DNA from: Methanomassiliicoccaceae archaeon | GTDB taxonomy: Archaea; Thermoplasmatota; Thermoplasmata; Methanomassiliicoccales; Methanomassiliicoccaceae | Assembly: GCA_963728405.1 (NCBI GenBank) | Contig: CAVSJV010000007.1 | Span: 224,001 to 288,000 of the forward strand | DNA: 64,000 bases | Reading direction: 5' to 3' | In this document: piece by piece, positions 38,479-47,848 of the stretch | Position numbering within the stretch: the stretch's first letter is position 1 | Layout: each line of letters opens with the position of its first letter | Position numbers and translations under genes: made by a program | The notes under the pieces: model-generated | The model's input: the letters and a program-made list of their open reading frames with translations, nothing else | Databases searched by the model: none | What the model was told of the DNA's origin: nothing

Positions 38479-38979
38479 TTATTCCGCCTCCATCCGGCTC
38501 TTGACCTCTTCGACCATCTTACCCAGCTTCTCATCGATGTGGGCACCGTTGAGCCTTTCCTTTGCCGGAATGACCTCCTCGCCGTGGGGGATATTGATGC
38601 CTGCATCGAGCATGCCCTTCAGGGCAGCGAAGACAGCTGAGCCTTTCGCCGGCCCCCTGAGGCCGATGTCCAATACTGCGTCCTCGATACCGTTCTTGGC
38701 CGCCCTCTTACCAGCTAAGTAGCCGGTGAGGTAGGTCGCGGGCAGGTTTCCGGTCGCTGCGGTCCACCCGAGCTTTGTGAGCTCCTTGGAGGTGGCCGAG
38801 GCCAGGACCTTGTCCCCAGTGGCATCGTAGGATATGAACTGGACGTTGGCGTTCCTAAGGGAGAGGCGAACTACCGCCCTCGGGATCCTTGCCCTGAGCA
38901 GCCTCTGCCTCTGCCTGTAATCTGTCCTTCCCTCCCTGCGCCTGCGGAAGGGCACCCTATACCTTGGTCCATTTGCCAT
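38479..38979 (-). CDS. rpl18: 50S ribosomal protein uL18
   Basis: [24 protein letters not shown]. Confidence 0.97.
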   Translation of the reverse strand: MANGPRYRVPFRRRREGRTDYRQRQRLLRARIPRAVVRLSLRNANVQFISYDATGDKVLASATSKELTKLGWTAATGNLPATYLTGYLAGKRAAKNGIEDAVLDIGLRGPAKGSAVFAALKGMLDAGINIPHGEEVIPAKERLNGAHIDEKLGKMVEEVKSRMEAE

Positions 38980-39440
38980 TACTGTCCCTCCTTCAGGTGA
39001 CCTTCCATCTTTAGGTGCGAAAGCACATGGGTCCGGCTCTTGAACATGCCGCCCTTGGCCTTCATGTAGAACTCGCGGTAGACGTGCTTGTCGATCTGCC
39101 CGCTTTCCCTCAGCCCACGAAGCTCGGCACGAATGGGTCTGATGGTCTGGATCCAGTCTCTCTTGGTGGGAGTCCTGGCCCCGGCCTTTCCCTTCCTGCT
39201 GCCCGGACCGCGCTGGCGGCCTTTCTTGCGCTGGGCGCGGTTGTACTTGGTCCGGCCCTTGGAGATGCCGGCCTTGGGCATTGCCTTGATCGTTCCGGAC
39301 CCGATCGCTGTGCGGATATCCGCTCGAGTAATGGCGTCGGCGAGGTCCTCAGTACGGTTAGGGTCGATCCAAACGCGGTTCTCCCCGCAGTCCAGTATCT
39401 CGGCCGCCATACGCCTTTGGTTCTTAAGGTCCATTTTCAT
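38979..39440 (-). CDS. rpl19e: 50S ribosomal protein eL19
   Basis: QRRMAAEILDCGENRVWIDP, GPGSRKG, AKGGMF. Confidence 0.97.
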   Translation of the reverse strand: MKMDLKNQRRMAAEILDCGENRVWIDPNRTEDLADAITRADIRTAIGSGTIKAMPKAGISKGRTKYNRAQRKKGRQRGPGSRKGKAGARTPTKRDWIQTIRPIRAELRGLRESGQIDKHVYREFYMKAKGGMFKSRTHVLSHLKMEGHLKEGQ

Positions 39441-40219
39441 CCCGTCCTGTTCAAGACACGAATGCCCAGTTCATCGGCCTTTTGCTCGATGGCCTGCCTT
39501 TTCTTGAATCCGACGCTGCTGCCTACTCTTGCTGCCTGTACCTTGGGGTCCATCTTCTGCAGCTGGTCTGGGTTGAACACCATTACCTCTTCGAATCCAG
39601 AGGGGTGCAGGCCGCGTACCTTGGCCGGTCCGCGGTACCCGATGCTGACGACATTGGGACGGTACTGGATGTGGCGGCGCATCTTGGAGTGCATACCGCG
39701 TGGTCTTCTCCACTTCTCGCCCAGACGGGGGAAGCGGAACCACTCTTGCCTCAGGAAGGCGATGCGGTCGTGGCTCATTTCATAGCGCAGGGCCAGGAGC
39801 TTCTTGGTCTCGGCGTCGAGGATCGGCTTCTGCTTAGGCGTATAGCCGCCTTTCTCGACGACCTCGGCTTCTGGCTTCTCAACGATCTCGACCCCTTCCT
39901 TCTTGGCCTTGGCCAGCTTCTTCTCAGAAGCCGAGGGGACGATGGCCCTCTCTTCCTTCTTGGCCTTGGGCTCTACGGCCTTCTCTTTCCGGGCGGGCTT
40001 GGTCTCGGTCTCCAGGAGCCCCTTCCAGGTCTCCAGGGTCTTTGGCCCGACCCCGTTCAGCTCGGCCATGATCTCTTCGGCCTTCTCGTCGTCATAGATG
40101 GCCTTCTTCAGGTCAGGAAGGGACTTGATGCCCATGTCCGTGAGCTGAGCGGTGAACTCTTCCTTGTAGTGGGGGAGGTCCGTCAGCTCCTTGATCTCTA
40201 TCTTCTTCTCCTTGCTCAT
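39437..40219 (-). CDS. rpl32e: 50S ribosomal protein eL32 with a long N-terminal extension
   Basis: WRRPRGMHSKMR, GYRGPAKVRGLHPSG, RVLN. Confidence 0.95.
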   Translation of the reverse strand: MSKEKKIEIKELTDLPHYKEEFTAQLTDMGIKSLPDLKKAIYDDEKAEEIMAELNGVGPKTLETWKGLLETETKPARKEKAVEPKAKKEERAIVPSASEKKLAKAKKEGVEIVEKPEAEVVEKGGYTPKQKPILDAETKKLLALRYEMSHDRIAFLRQEWFRFPRLGEKWRRPRGMHSKMRRHIQYRPNVVSIGYRGPAKVRGLHPSGFEEVMVFNPDQLQKMDPKVQAARVGSSVGFKKRQAIEQKADELGIRVLNRTG

Positions 40220-40770
40220 GAGCTCACCTTCTTGACCGCCTTCTCAGTGATGTAGATGCCATCCTGGAACACCCGGGGGTCGAAGCCCCAGATCTTGGTG
40301 GCGTACTCAATGTTGGCCGCCGTCTGACCGACCGCCTCGACATCGATGCCAGTTAGCACGACATCGTTACCCTTGACCACGATCTTGGTTTCCCTGACGA
40401 TCTTGGCCTGGCGGGCAGCGCGCTCACCGAGGAAGTTCTCGATGATGAACTTCTCGCCCTTCACCGAGGTCTTCATCGGGAAGTGAGAGTAGACGATCTT
40501 CATGTGGTATTCGAAGCCCTCGGTCACGCCCTCGATCATGTTGGTGAGGTGCGACGCAAAGGTGCCGATCATGGCTTTATCCTTCACGCGGGGGAGTTCG
40601 CAGCTGACCACGATGTGGTCGCCGTCCACTCTGACCTTGGTCTTTGGGTTGGTGAAGTCCCTGGACAGTTTGCCCTTGGGGCCTTTGACATCGACAATGG
40701 ATCCCTGTACGGTGACGGTGACTCCCTGGGGGATGTCCACCATCTCCTCGATTAATCCGCTTAGTGTCAT
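40216..40770 (-). CDS. rpl6: 50S ribosomal protein uL6
   Basis: VKGPKG, YSHFP, NFLGE, FDPRVFQDGIY. Confidence 0.97.
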   Translation of the reverse strand: MTLSGLIEEMVDIPQGVTVTVQGSIVDVKGPKGKLSRDFTNPKTKVRVDGDHIVVSCELPRVKDKAMIGTFASHLTNMIEGVTEGFEYHMKIVYSHFPMKTSVKGEKFIIENFLGERAARQAKIVRETKIVVKGNDVVLTGIDVEAVGQTAANIEYATKIWGFDPRVFQDGIYITEKAVKKVSS

Positions 40771-40779
40771 TGCAGTCCC

Positions 40780-41169
40780 TCAGTACACATAGGCCAGAAG
40801 CTTGCCGCCTACCCCTAGCTCCTTGGCTCTGGTGTGGCTCACGACGCCCGATGTGGTCGTCATAATGAGCACTCCGAAGTCCTGCGCGGGTAGGTATCTG
40901 GATTCGAACTTTTCCAGATCGTTCTTCTGTACCGAATATCTCGGCTTTATCACGCCGCAATCATTGATCTTGCCGTGCATTCTAACCTTGAACACGCCGG
41001 CCTTGCCGTCCTCAATGAACTCGAACTGGTTGATGTAACCATATTCCTGCATGACCTTCAGCACCCTCCCGATCAATTTCGAGGACGGGCGGATCATGCA
41101 TTCGCTCTTGCCTACTGAGGCTGCGTTCTTGATGGTCGACATAGCGTCGTTAAGTGGGTCGCTCTGCAT
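40780..41169 (-). CDS. rps8: 30S ribosomal protein uS8
   Basis: [31 protein letters not shown]. Confidence 0.97.
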   Translation of the reverse strand: MQSDPLNDAMSTIKNAASVGKSECMIRPSSKLIGRVLKVMQEYGYINQFEFIEDGKAGVFKVRMHGKINDCGVIKPRYSVQKNDLEKFESRYLPAQDFGVLIMTTTSGVVSHTRAKELGVGGKLLAYVY

Positions 41170-41178
41170 GTCATCACC

Positions 41179-41325
41179 TCAGCTATACTTCTTGAACCCT
41201 ATTTGCGGGGCAATCTCGCGGAAGCACTGCCGACAGACGTGCATACCGTAGCGGCGCACGATGCCTCGCTTCCTTCCACAGCGCAGGCACCCTTTCTTTC
41301 TTCCAAACTCCTTCTTAGTCTTCAC
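41179..41325 (-). CDS. rps14: 30S ribosomal protein uS14 (not in the ORF track)
   Basis: GTG start; [47 protein letters not shown]. Confidence 0.95.
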   Translation of the reverse strand: MKTKKEFGRKKGCLRCGRKRGIVRRYGMHVCRQCFREIAPQIGFKKYS

Positions 41326-41834
41326 TCGACCACCTCGACTTTGTACTGCTCCCTCATGAAGCCGATGGCCTCATCACGGGTCATGCGGTGCTTCCTGGGG
41401 ATCTTGCAGGTCATGATGCGCCTCTTGGCCACCCTGTACCCGGGCCTCTTTAAGACCACGTTGATATCCATGCCGAATATGCCGATCTCGGGGTCATACT
41501 TCATGCCCTCGAAGTCAGTGTAGTCGGAGATTCCGAAGGACATGTTGCCCTCCTTATCGAAGGAATAGATGGCAATCCTGTGCTCTCGGATGATCAGTGC
41601 CCTCTTGAGGAAGTCCTGAGCCTTCTCGCCCCTCATGGTGACCTTGCACCCGATGGGCATGCCGGTCCTGACGCCCAGGTCACGGTTAGTGACCTTGGCG
41701 ATGGTGATCACAGGCTTCTGCTTGGTGACCATGTTGAGGACTTTCTGGGCCTTGTTCAGGCGTTCGCCGGCCTCGCCAACGCCGATGTTGACGACGACCT
41801 TCTCGATCTTCGGCTGCCTCATGACGTCGCTCAT
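41322..41834 (-). CDS. rpl5: 50S ribosomal protein uL5
   Basis: [32 protein letters not shown]. Confidence 0.97.
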   Translation of the reverse strand: MSDVMRQPKIEKVVVNIGVGEAGERLNKAQKVLNMVTKQKPVITIAKVTNRDLGVRTGMPIGCKVTMRGEKAQDFLKRALIIREHRIAIYSFDKEGNMSFGISDYTDFEGMKYDPEIGIFGMDINVVLKRPGYRVAKRRIMTCKIPRKHRMTRDEAIGFMREQYKVEVVE

Positions 41835-42541
41835 ATCGCGGCCTCCTCGGGCAACTCTATCTCGGGCACCTTAGCGCCGATGATGAACACGTTGCTCTTC
41901 ACGGTGGAGGTGCCATCCTTGAACTTTACGAGGTTGTCGGATGCGAGCCTAGTGATCAGGTACTCTTCTACGACCGCAGTCTCACCGACGTGGGACCCGG
42001 ATGTGATAAGGGCAACGCTGCCCTTGTCTAGGCTGTAGTGGTCCAGGACCTTCTGGCTTGGGATCTCGAGCTTGAGAACGTCGCCGGTCTTGTATTCATC
42101 CTTCTCCATCAGGAGGTTCCTGCCGTCGTGAAGGTTGAGCTGGGTCTTTCCGCCGGGTACGGTGGTCTTGTTCTCGATGCGGCAGAGCTTCCACGAGGCC
42201 TTGGTCTCGGGGACCTCGACCAGCTGGAGCTTGCCTCTCCTGTCCAGGACCATCCTATAGTAGGTCTTGATCTTGGGCATGGAGACGACATCCATGAGGC
42301 CGATGCCCTGCTTCAGGCTGGTGGCGACCTTGCCGTCCACCAGCACGCTCTTATCGTGTAGGACCGACCGGACCTCGCTGGCGGTGTTGCACACATGCAG
42401 CAGGTCACGAAGGACCACGTTCACCGGGATGCTCTCCTCTAGGGCGTGAGCGCCGGGGGAAGGCTTGGTGATCCAAGCGTTGGTCTTCCTCTTTACCGGC
42501 CAGCTGCGGGGCGCGGTCAATCTCTTCATTTCATTGCTCAT
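41831..42541 (-). CDS. rps4e: 30S ribosomal protein eS4
   Basis: KRLTAPRSW, PSPGAH, QLNLHDGRN, GSHVG. Confidence 0.97.
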   Translation of the reverse strand: MSNEMKRLTAPRSWPVKRKTNAWITKPSPGAHALEESIPVNVVLRDLLHVCNTASEVRSVLHDKSVLVDGKVATSLKQGIGLMDVVSMPKIKTYYRMVLDRRGKLQLVEVPETKASWKLCRIENKTTVPGGKTQLNLHDGRNLLMEKDEYKTGDVLKLEIPSQKVLDHYSLDKGSVALITSGSHVGETAVVEEYLITRLASDNLVKFKDGTSTVKSNVFIIGAKVPEIELPEEAAI

Positions 42542-42915
42542 TGTGAAACCTCCTTAGCCCTGGCGAGCCTTTCCTTCCGCTTGGGGTCGGAGAGGTCAAG
42601 CTTGGTGATCATGACCTTGGACGCATGCACAGACCTTGCGGTCTGAGTGCCGTCGGCCTTAGCGACGGTTACTCCTTCGACCGTCACCCTGCCCGTCTTG
42701 GTGATCACTGCGGCGACCTTGCCCTCTACGCCGAGGATGGCCTCGTCGCCACGCATAACCTTCACGGTGTCTCCCTTGATGACCTGGAGCGAGTGTATCT
42801 TGTACTCCTTCTGGAGATCTTCGCTCAGGTGGGAAGAGATGTTCTTCCTCCGGATGTGGATGGGAGCGTTAAAGAAGGCCTTCCGTTGCTTTCTCGCTTT
42901 CGTGCTCTTTACCAT
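42538..42915 (-). CDS. rpl24: 50S ribosomal protein uL24
   Basis: RKQRK...NAPIH, KGDTVKVMRG, HASKVMITKL. Confidence 0.96.
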   Translation of the reverse strand: MVKSTKARKQRKAFFNAPIHIRRKNISSHLSEDLQKEYKIHSLQVIKGDTVKVMRGDEAILGVEGKVAAVITKTGRVTVEGVTVAKADGTQTARSVHASKVMITKLDLSDPKRKERLARAKEVSQ

Positions 42916-42925
42916 TTTCTCACCT

Positions 42926-43324
42926 TCAGATGATCGTAGAGGCGGTCGCCGCAATACGGGGCCACCTCTCCGCCGCTTCCCTCGCCACGGGTCCCTTGAT
43001 GTCCGTTCCCTTGGTCTCGCCCTCTTCGGTGGTGATGACCGCGGCATTGTCCGCAAAGGAGATCATTACTCCATCAGCCCGGCGGAATGGCCGGCGCTGG
43101 CGGACGACGATGGCGTAGACTACTTGTCTCCGCATCTCCGGGGTGCCCTTCTTTACGGACGCGATCACTATGTCGCCCACTCCGGCCTTAGGGGTCCTAC
43201 GGGCTGTTCCGTGGTATCCCGGGACGGTGAGGATAGCGATCGTCTTGGCGCCCGTGTTGTCGATGACATTCAATACTGTTCCGTTCTGGACACCGCGTGT
43301 CTGTGTGCCGGCAACTCCTTTCAT
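42926..43324 (-). CDS. rpl14: 50S ribosomal protein uL14
   Basis: DNTGAK, SVKKG, FADNAAVI, KGPVAREAAERW. Confidence 0.97.
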   Translation of the reverse strand: MKGVAGTQTRGVQNGTVLNVIDNTGAKTIAILTVPGYHGTARRTPKAGVGDIVIASVKKGTPEMRRQVVYAIVVRQRRPFRRADGVMISFADNAAVITTEEGETKGTDIKGPVAREAAERWPRIAATASTII

Positions 43325-43329
43325 CACGT

Positions 43330-43659
43330 TCACCTCTTCTCAATGATCACGAATGAGACGGTCTTGCTCAGTGGGCGGCACTCCATGATTTTCACCTGGT
43401 CGCCGGCCTTTACCCCCAAGCAGGGGGGATTGTGCACTGAGTAGTGGCTCGTCCGCTTCTCGTAACGCTCGTATTTCTGCTGGTATTTCAGATAGTTGCG
43501 CTCCACCACCGCGGTCTTGTCCATCTTTGTAGAAACAACAACCCCTTCGATGGTCTGGCCCCTGCAGGCAAGCTCCCCGTGGAACGGGCAGTGCTTGTCG
43601 GTACAGGCGGTCTCAGGCGCCTTGACATCGATTCCTATATCCTTGACTTCATTAGCCAT
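43330..43659 (-). CDS. rps17: 30S ribosomal protein uS17
   Basis: CPFHG, KYERYEKR, ECRPLSKT. Confidence 0.97.
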   Translation of the reverse strand: MANEVKDIGIDVKAPETACTDKHCPFHGELACRGQTIEGVVVSTKMDKTAVVERNYLKYQQKYERYEKRTSHYSVHNPPCLGVKAGDQVKIMECRPLSKTVSFVIIEKR

Positions 43660-43664
43660 TGGGA

Positions 43665-43928
43665 TCACCTAATCTTCTTGATACGATCCTCAGGTCGGTG
43701 CTGGATATCCGAACCTTGAATCAGGACCTTTTCGCCCTGGTATGTGAACAGGAAATCATTGGTCGGCTTGGGCACGGTGACCTCACGGTCCGCCTTGCGC
43801 ACGACTATGGTGTTCTTGGTCTCGTCCACTACGGTGCCACATATGTTGCCGCATCCGGGGTTGGGCATTACCTCGACCTCCAAGCCTATGAATTCCGACC
43901 TCATGATATCCCTCTTATTCACGTTCAT
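43665..43928 (-). CDS. rnp1: Ribonuclease P protein component 1 (Rpp29/POP4)
   Basis: EFIGL, GTVVDETKNT, RPEDRIKK; conserved operon position. Confidence 0.93.
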   Translation of the reverse strand: MNVNKRDIMRSEFIGLEVEVMPNPGCGNICGTVVDETKNTIVVRKADREVTVPKPTNDFLFTYQGEKVLIQGSDIQHRPEDRIKKIR

Positions 43929-44224
43929 CTAACGTCCGTCTTGAAACCCATCTGTTCGAGGGCTTCCTTGACCTTCTTCTTGTGGTCACCCTGCAGCTCG
44001 ATGCGGCCTTCTTTGGCCGTACCGCCGGCAGCGCACTTGCTTTTAAGCTTCTTGGCCAGGTCGTCCATGTCGATATCGTTCTCGTCGATACCTTCGACCA
44101 CAGTGACGATCTTGCCGTAGCGCCTGCTATCGGTGCTGATCCTTACGGTCTGTTGTTCACGCGCGATCTCTTCGCACATGCACAGTTCCTTGGGCAGTCC
44201 ACATACCGGGCAAATTTCAGCCAT
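43925..44224 (-). CDS. sui1: Translation initiation factor SUI1/aIF1
   Basis: CPVCGLP...RRYGK...LKSKCAAGGT...IELQGDH. Confidence 0.95.
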   Translation of the reverse strand: MAEICPVCGLPKELCMCEEIAREQQTVRISTDSRRYGKIVTVVEGIDENDIDMDDLAKKLKSKCAAGGTAKEGRIELQGDHKKKVKEALEQMGFKTDVR

Positions 44225-44427
44225 TAGTGCTTCTCCTCCTCCTTCTGGATGGTCTCGATCCGAGCAATGTTCGTCCTGAGGGCTCGTATCCGTCCGGGGT
44301 TGGTGGGGGCGCCGCCCATTGCGGCCGTGCCCCTCTCGTGCATGAGCTCGTCGCGGAGCTCGCGCATTTTCTTGGCGCGGTCCGCGGCGTTCATGTCCTT
44401 GATCTCCGACGTCCGGAGGAGAGCCAT
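44224..44427 (-). CDS. rpl29: 50S ribosomal protein uL29
   Basis: NPGRIRALRTNIARIET. Confidence 0.96.
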   Translation of the reverse strand: MALLRTSEIKDMNAADRAKKMRELRDELMHERGTAAMGGAPTNPGRIRALRTNIARIETIQKEEEKH

Positions 44428-45161
44428 TACTGCTCACCCTCCTTGACATCGGCGTCTGCTTCTACTGGGACCGGTTCCTCAGCGGTCTCCGCGCGCACGA
44501 TCGCAGAGGGTTCCGCTTTCTTCACCATCAATGGTGCGAGCTCGGGGAACTTCTCTGCGGCCTCTGCGGGCAGGGTGACATCGATCTCATCGGGGAGCCT
44601 AGCGTCCGGGCGCATGATCTCGACGGTCACGCCGATGACGCCTGGCTTTAGCTTGGCGACGGCGTAGCCCTTCTCGATATCCTTTAGCTTGGGCTCGCCG
44701 CAGAACTTGATGTAGCCTTCCTTGAACTTCTCAGTGCGGTGCCTCTGGCCGGTCAGCTTGCCGGCAATGACGATGTGGCATCCACGGGCGCCAGAGTCCA
44801 TGACCCGGCGGATGGTGGAGTGTCCGGCCCGTCTGAAGTGCCAGCCCCTCTCTAACGCGAACGCGAGCTTCTCGGCCATGATCTGGGCGTTGAGGTTAGG
44901 GTTTGCAACCTCTTGCACCTCGACCTGGGGATTGTCGAACTTGAAGTCCTCTTCGATCGCCCTGGTCAGGTTCTTAATGGATGCGCCGCGGCGCCCGATG
45001 ACGATCCCGGGGCGCTCAACGATGAGCGTTACCCTGGTCCCCATCGGGGTCCTCTGTACATCCAATCCGCCAAAGCCTGCTCTGGAGACCTCTTTCATCA
45101 GGTATTCCTTGAGGAGGACCCTGCGGACGTTCTCAGCTATGAACTTCCTTTCGTTTGCCAT
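44427..45161 (-). CDS. rps3: 30S ribosomal protein uS3
   Basis: RPGIVIGRRG, LERGWHFRRA, GVIGVTV. Confidence 0.97.
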   Translation of the reverse strand: MANERKFIAENVRRVLLKEYLMKEVSRAGFGGLDVQRTPMGTRVTLIVERPGIVIGRRGASIKNLTRAIEEDFKFDNPQVEVQEVANPNLNAQIMAEKLAFALERGWHFRRAGHSTIRRVMDSGARGCHIVIAGKLTGQRHRTEKFKEGYIKFCGEPKLKDIEKGYAVAKLKPGVIGVTVEIMRPDARLPDEIDVTLPAEAAEKFPELAPLMVKKAEPSAIVRAETAEEPVPVEADADVKEGEQ

Positions 45162-45608
45162 TTACTGTACCTCCTCCAGGATGACCTCGATGTTGACGGT
45201 CTGCTGGTTCCACGGGGTGCTCCGGCCGAAGGCACGGGGCATGTGCCCGGGAATGGTCCGTCCGAGGTTCGTGGTGATGACCCTGACCTTCAGGTTCTCA
45301 GAGTCAAGACCCTTGTACTCGGCGTTATGCTTGGCGCTCTGGATGACGTCCAGGATGGCCATGGCCGACTTCTTGGGGAAGCGGCCGGGGCCGACGCCGG
45401 CCTTGTGGGCGACGCCCATGTTGAACCGGGCGAACTGTACTGGTCTCTTGAGGTCGATGACCTCTTCCAGCATCTTGATCGCCACTGTGACGTTCTTACC
45501 TCTGACCATGCGGCAGACCTCACGGGAGTCCTTGGGGGAGATGGGTTTCTCCTTACCAATGGCCCGCGCGGTCTTGTCCGGATCGGTGTGTTGAGTGTAT
45601 CCTACCAT
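45162..45608 (-). CDS. rpl22: 50S ribosomal protein uL22
   Basis: GRFPKK, NAEYKGLD, PRAFGR. Confidence 0.97.
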   Translation of the reverse strand: MVGYTQHTDPDKTARAIGKEKPISPKDSREVCRMVRGKNVTVAIKMLEEVIDLKRPVQFARFNMGVAHKAGVGPGRFPKKSAMAILDVIQSAKHNAEYKGLDSENLKVRVITTNLGRTIPGHMPRAFGRSTPWNQQTVNIEVILEEVQ

Positions 45609-45617
45609 GTTTCCACC

Positions 45618-46079
45618 TCACTTCAGCGGCAGGAACTTGGATCCTCTGGTCGCACCGACGCCTGGTCCAGAGTGCTTCACTTCATGCCTGGTCATGGCGA
45701 ACTCGCCAGTGAAATGCCCGATCATCTCGGGTTTTATCTCGAACTCAAAGAACTCGTGCCCGTTGTAGACGGCCACTCTCTTACCCACGAACTGGGGGAT
45801 GATGGGGACGTCCCGGCGGTGGGTCCTGGTGACCTCACGGTTCCCGGTCTTGATTATCTCGTAGGCGGTCCTCTGCTCTTCGCACATGCCACGGGCTAGG
45901 GTCCTCCGGGCCCGTGACGGGAGCAAAGTGACCATCTCGTCAAAGGGCATCTCCAGCAGTTCCTCCATAGAGAAACCGCGGTAGGTGAACTCCTTCTTGC
46001 GGCGAGCGGTGATACCGCCCTTCTTCTTCCGCATCTTCCTGCGCGCGGCCTTCTGGCCGCCAATTTTCTCCTTTGCCAT
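45618..46079 (-). CDS. rps19: 30S ribosomal protein uS19
   Basis: FTYRG, RTHRRD, EMIGHFTGEF, GVGATRGSKFLPLK. Confidence 0.97.
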   Translation of the reverse strand: MAKEKIGGQKAARRKMRKKKGGITARRKKEFTYRGFSMEELLEMPFDEMVTLLPSRARRTLARGMCEEQRTAYEIIKTGNREVTRTHRRDVPIIPQFVGKRVAVYNGHEFFEFEIKPEMIGHFTGEFAMTRHEVKHSGPGVGATRGSKFLPLK

Positions 46080-46083
46080 TAGA

Positions 46084-46779
46084 TCACTTCCTCCGCTTGG
46101 GAGACAGTCGGCCGACCTTACGTCCAGGTGGCGCGTTCCGGCTCACGGTGCTGGGCTTTCCTACATGGGGGTGACCGCCGCCACCATGGGGGTGGTTCAC
46201 TGGGTTCATGGCCACTCCCTTGACCTTGAAGTAGGCCTTGGCCTTGCTGCGGTAGGCGTGGAACTTGTTCCCTGCCTTACCGAACGGCTTTTCCCTCTGG
46301 CCACCACCGGCGACGACGCCCAATGAGGCGCGGCAGCGGGGGTCGAAGGTCTTGAACGAACCGGAGGGCATCAGGAGGACGACCTTGTCGCCCCTGCTGA
46401 CCACGGTCGCGGAAGCTCCGGCGGCGCGGACGAACTTGCCACCATCGCCAGGCTTCCCTTCAACATTGTATACGAAACTTCCTTCGGGCACGGTGCCTAG
46501 GTTCACGACGTTTCCGGGGGTGAGGTCCGAAGCTCCGACATCATAGCTGATGTTCTTTCCGACCATCATGCCCTCGGCGGCTAGCATGAGGATGCTCTGG
46601 CCGGCGAAGTCGATCTTGGCCAGCGGGCCACTGCGGCCTGGTGCGTGGATGAGGTCGACGATCTTGCCGGTCCCGGCATCGACATTGGGATACCGGATGC
46701 TACCGAGGTGCCTGTGTCCGGGGCTGCGATATACTGCGCTGCCCTTTCCTCTTCTCTGCTGTCTGAGTTGTTTTCCCAT
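46084..46779 (-). CDS. rpl2: 50S ribosomal protein uL2
   Basis: QRRGKG, GVAMNPVNHPHGGG, PPGRKVG. Confidence 0.97.
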   Translation of the reverse strand: MGKQLRQQRRGKGSAVYRSPGHRHLGSIRYPNVDAGTGKIVDLIHAPGRSGPLAKIDFAGQSILMLAAEGMMVGKNISYDVGASDLTPGNVVNLGTVPEGSFVYNVEGKPGDGGKFVRAAGASATVVSRGDKVVLLMPSGSFKTFDPRCRASLGVVAGGGQREKPFGKAGNKFHAYRSKAKAYFKVKGVAMNPVNHPHGGGGHPHVGKPSTVSRNAPPGRKVGRLSPKRRK

Positions 46780-46788
46780 ATTATCCCC

Positions 46789-47070
46789 TCAGAACACTCC
46801 AATTCTCATTCCGATATCCTCCGCCGAATATCCTTCGGCGAGCTGGATGATCGCGCGCTTCCCTTCCTTGGTGATCTTGGTCCAGACCTTGGTGACCTTG
46901 ACCTCGAAGTGGTCCTCGAAGGCATCCTTGATGTCCTTCTTGGTGGCTTCCTTGATGACGACAAACTCGATCTTGTTGCCATCCTTGAAGTTCTGGGTTG
47001 GGGTCCCGGCCATGTGGTTCATTGTCTTTTCCGTGACATAGGGGTGAAGCAGGATGTTTTTGTGAGCCAT
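46789..47070 (-). CDS. rpl23: 50S ribosomal protein uL23
   Basis: PYVTEK, KRAII, AEDIGMRIGVF. Confidence 0.96.
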   Translation of the reverse strand: MAHKNILLHPYVTEKTMNHMAGTPTQNFKDGNKIEFVVIKEATKKDIKDAFEDHFEVKVTKVWTKITKEGKRAIIQLAEGYSAEDIGMRIGVF

Positions 47071-47072
47071 GC

Positions 47073-47843
47073 CTACCACTCTCCTACCATGTTGAGGGCG
47101 GACTCGGAGAAGATCGCTAGTCTCCCTGCCTGGCCGCCTGGGGCTAGCACTCCCGCGCTAAGTCCCTCGGTCGAAACGATTTCCACGCCGGGCAGGTTGT
47201 TCGCACCCATGAACACCGGGGCACCCAGGGCCGAGACGACCACTAGGATGCTACGGGGGGTCTTGTACTTCCTGCCCCTCATCTTTCCGCGGCCAGCGCG
47301 GATCTTCTTGCCGTCCTTGGCCCTGGCCAGGTCTGCAGATATGCCGATCTTTTCCAGAGCAGCCACGACATCGTTGGTGGTGGCAAGCTTTTCAAAGTCA
47401 TCCTCTACAACCACTGGCATGGTCACGCCTTCATCGAACTGGTGACCTCTCAGCTTGACCAGCTCAGGGTCTGACAGAGCAGCCAGCGCGGACAGTTTAG
47501 CTTTGCACCGCTCCTTACGGTTGACCTTCTTGGAGTAGTCCTTGTCCGGCTTGGGCGGGAAGGCCCGGCGTCCGCCCACGTTGTTGGGCGACTCGGCGGC
47601 CTTGCTGCCCCCAGTAAGCCTCTGGACACGCGCGACACCACGTCCCTTTCCCCACTGGGACACGGCATGTCTCATGCCTGCCGTGGGGGAAGGACCGTAG
47701 GCCTGGCGTCTGTTGGCCATCTCGGCCACAGCGGCCCTGTGGATAATGTCAGGGCGGAACTCGGTGGCAAAAGCCGCGGGGAGCTCGACGCTCTTGACGA
47801 CGTCGCCATTTACAGAGTATATATTGACATTGTTCTTGGCCAT
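47073..47843 (-). CDS. rpl4: 50S ribosomal protein uL4
   Basis: WGKGRGVARV, GGRRAFPP, RAGRGKMRGR, LAPGG. Confidence 0.97.
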   Translation of the reverse strand: MAKNNVNIYSVNGDVVKSVELPAAFATEFRPDIIHRAAVAEMANRRQAYGPSPTAGMRHAVSQWGKGRGVARVQRLTGGSKAAESPNNVGGRRAFPPKPDKDYSKKVNRKERCKAKLSALAALSDPELVKLRGHQFDEGVTMPVVVEDDFEKLATTNDVVAALEKIGISADLARAKDGKKIRAGRGKMRGRKYKTPRSILVVVSALGAPVFMGANNLPGVEIVSTEGLSAGVLAPGGQAGRLAIFSESALNMVGEW

Positions 47844-47848
47844 GATCT

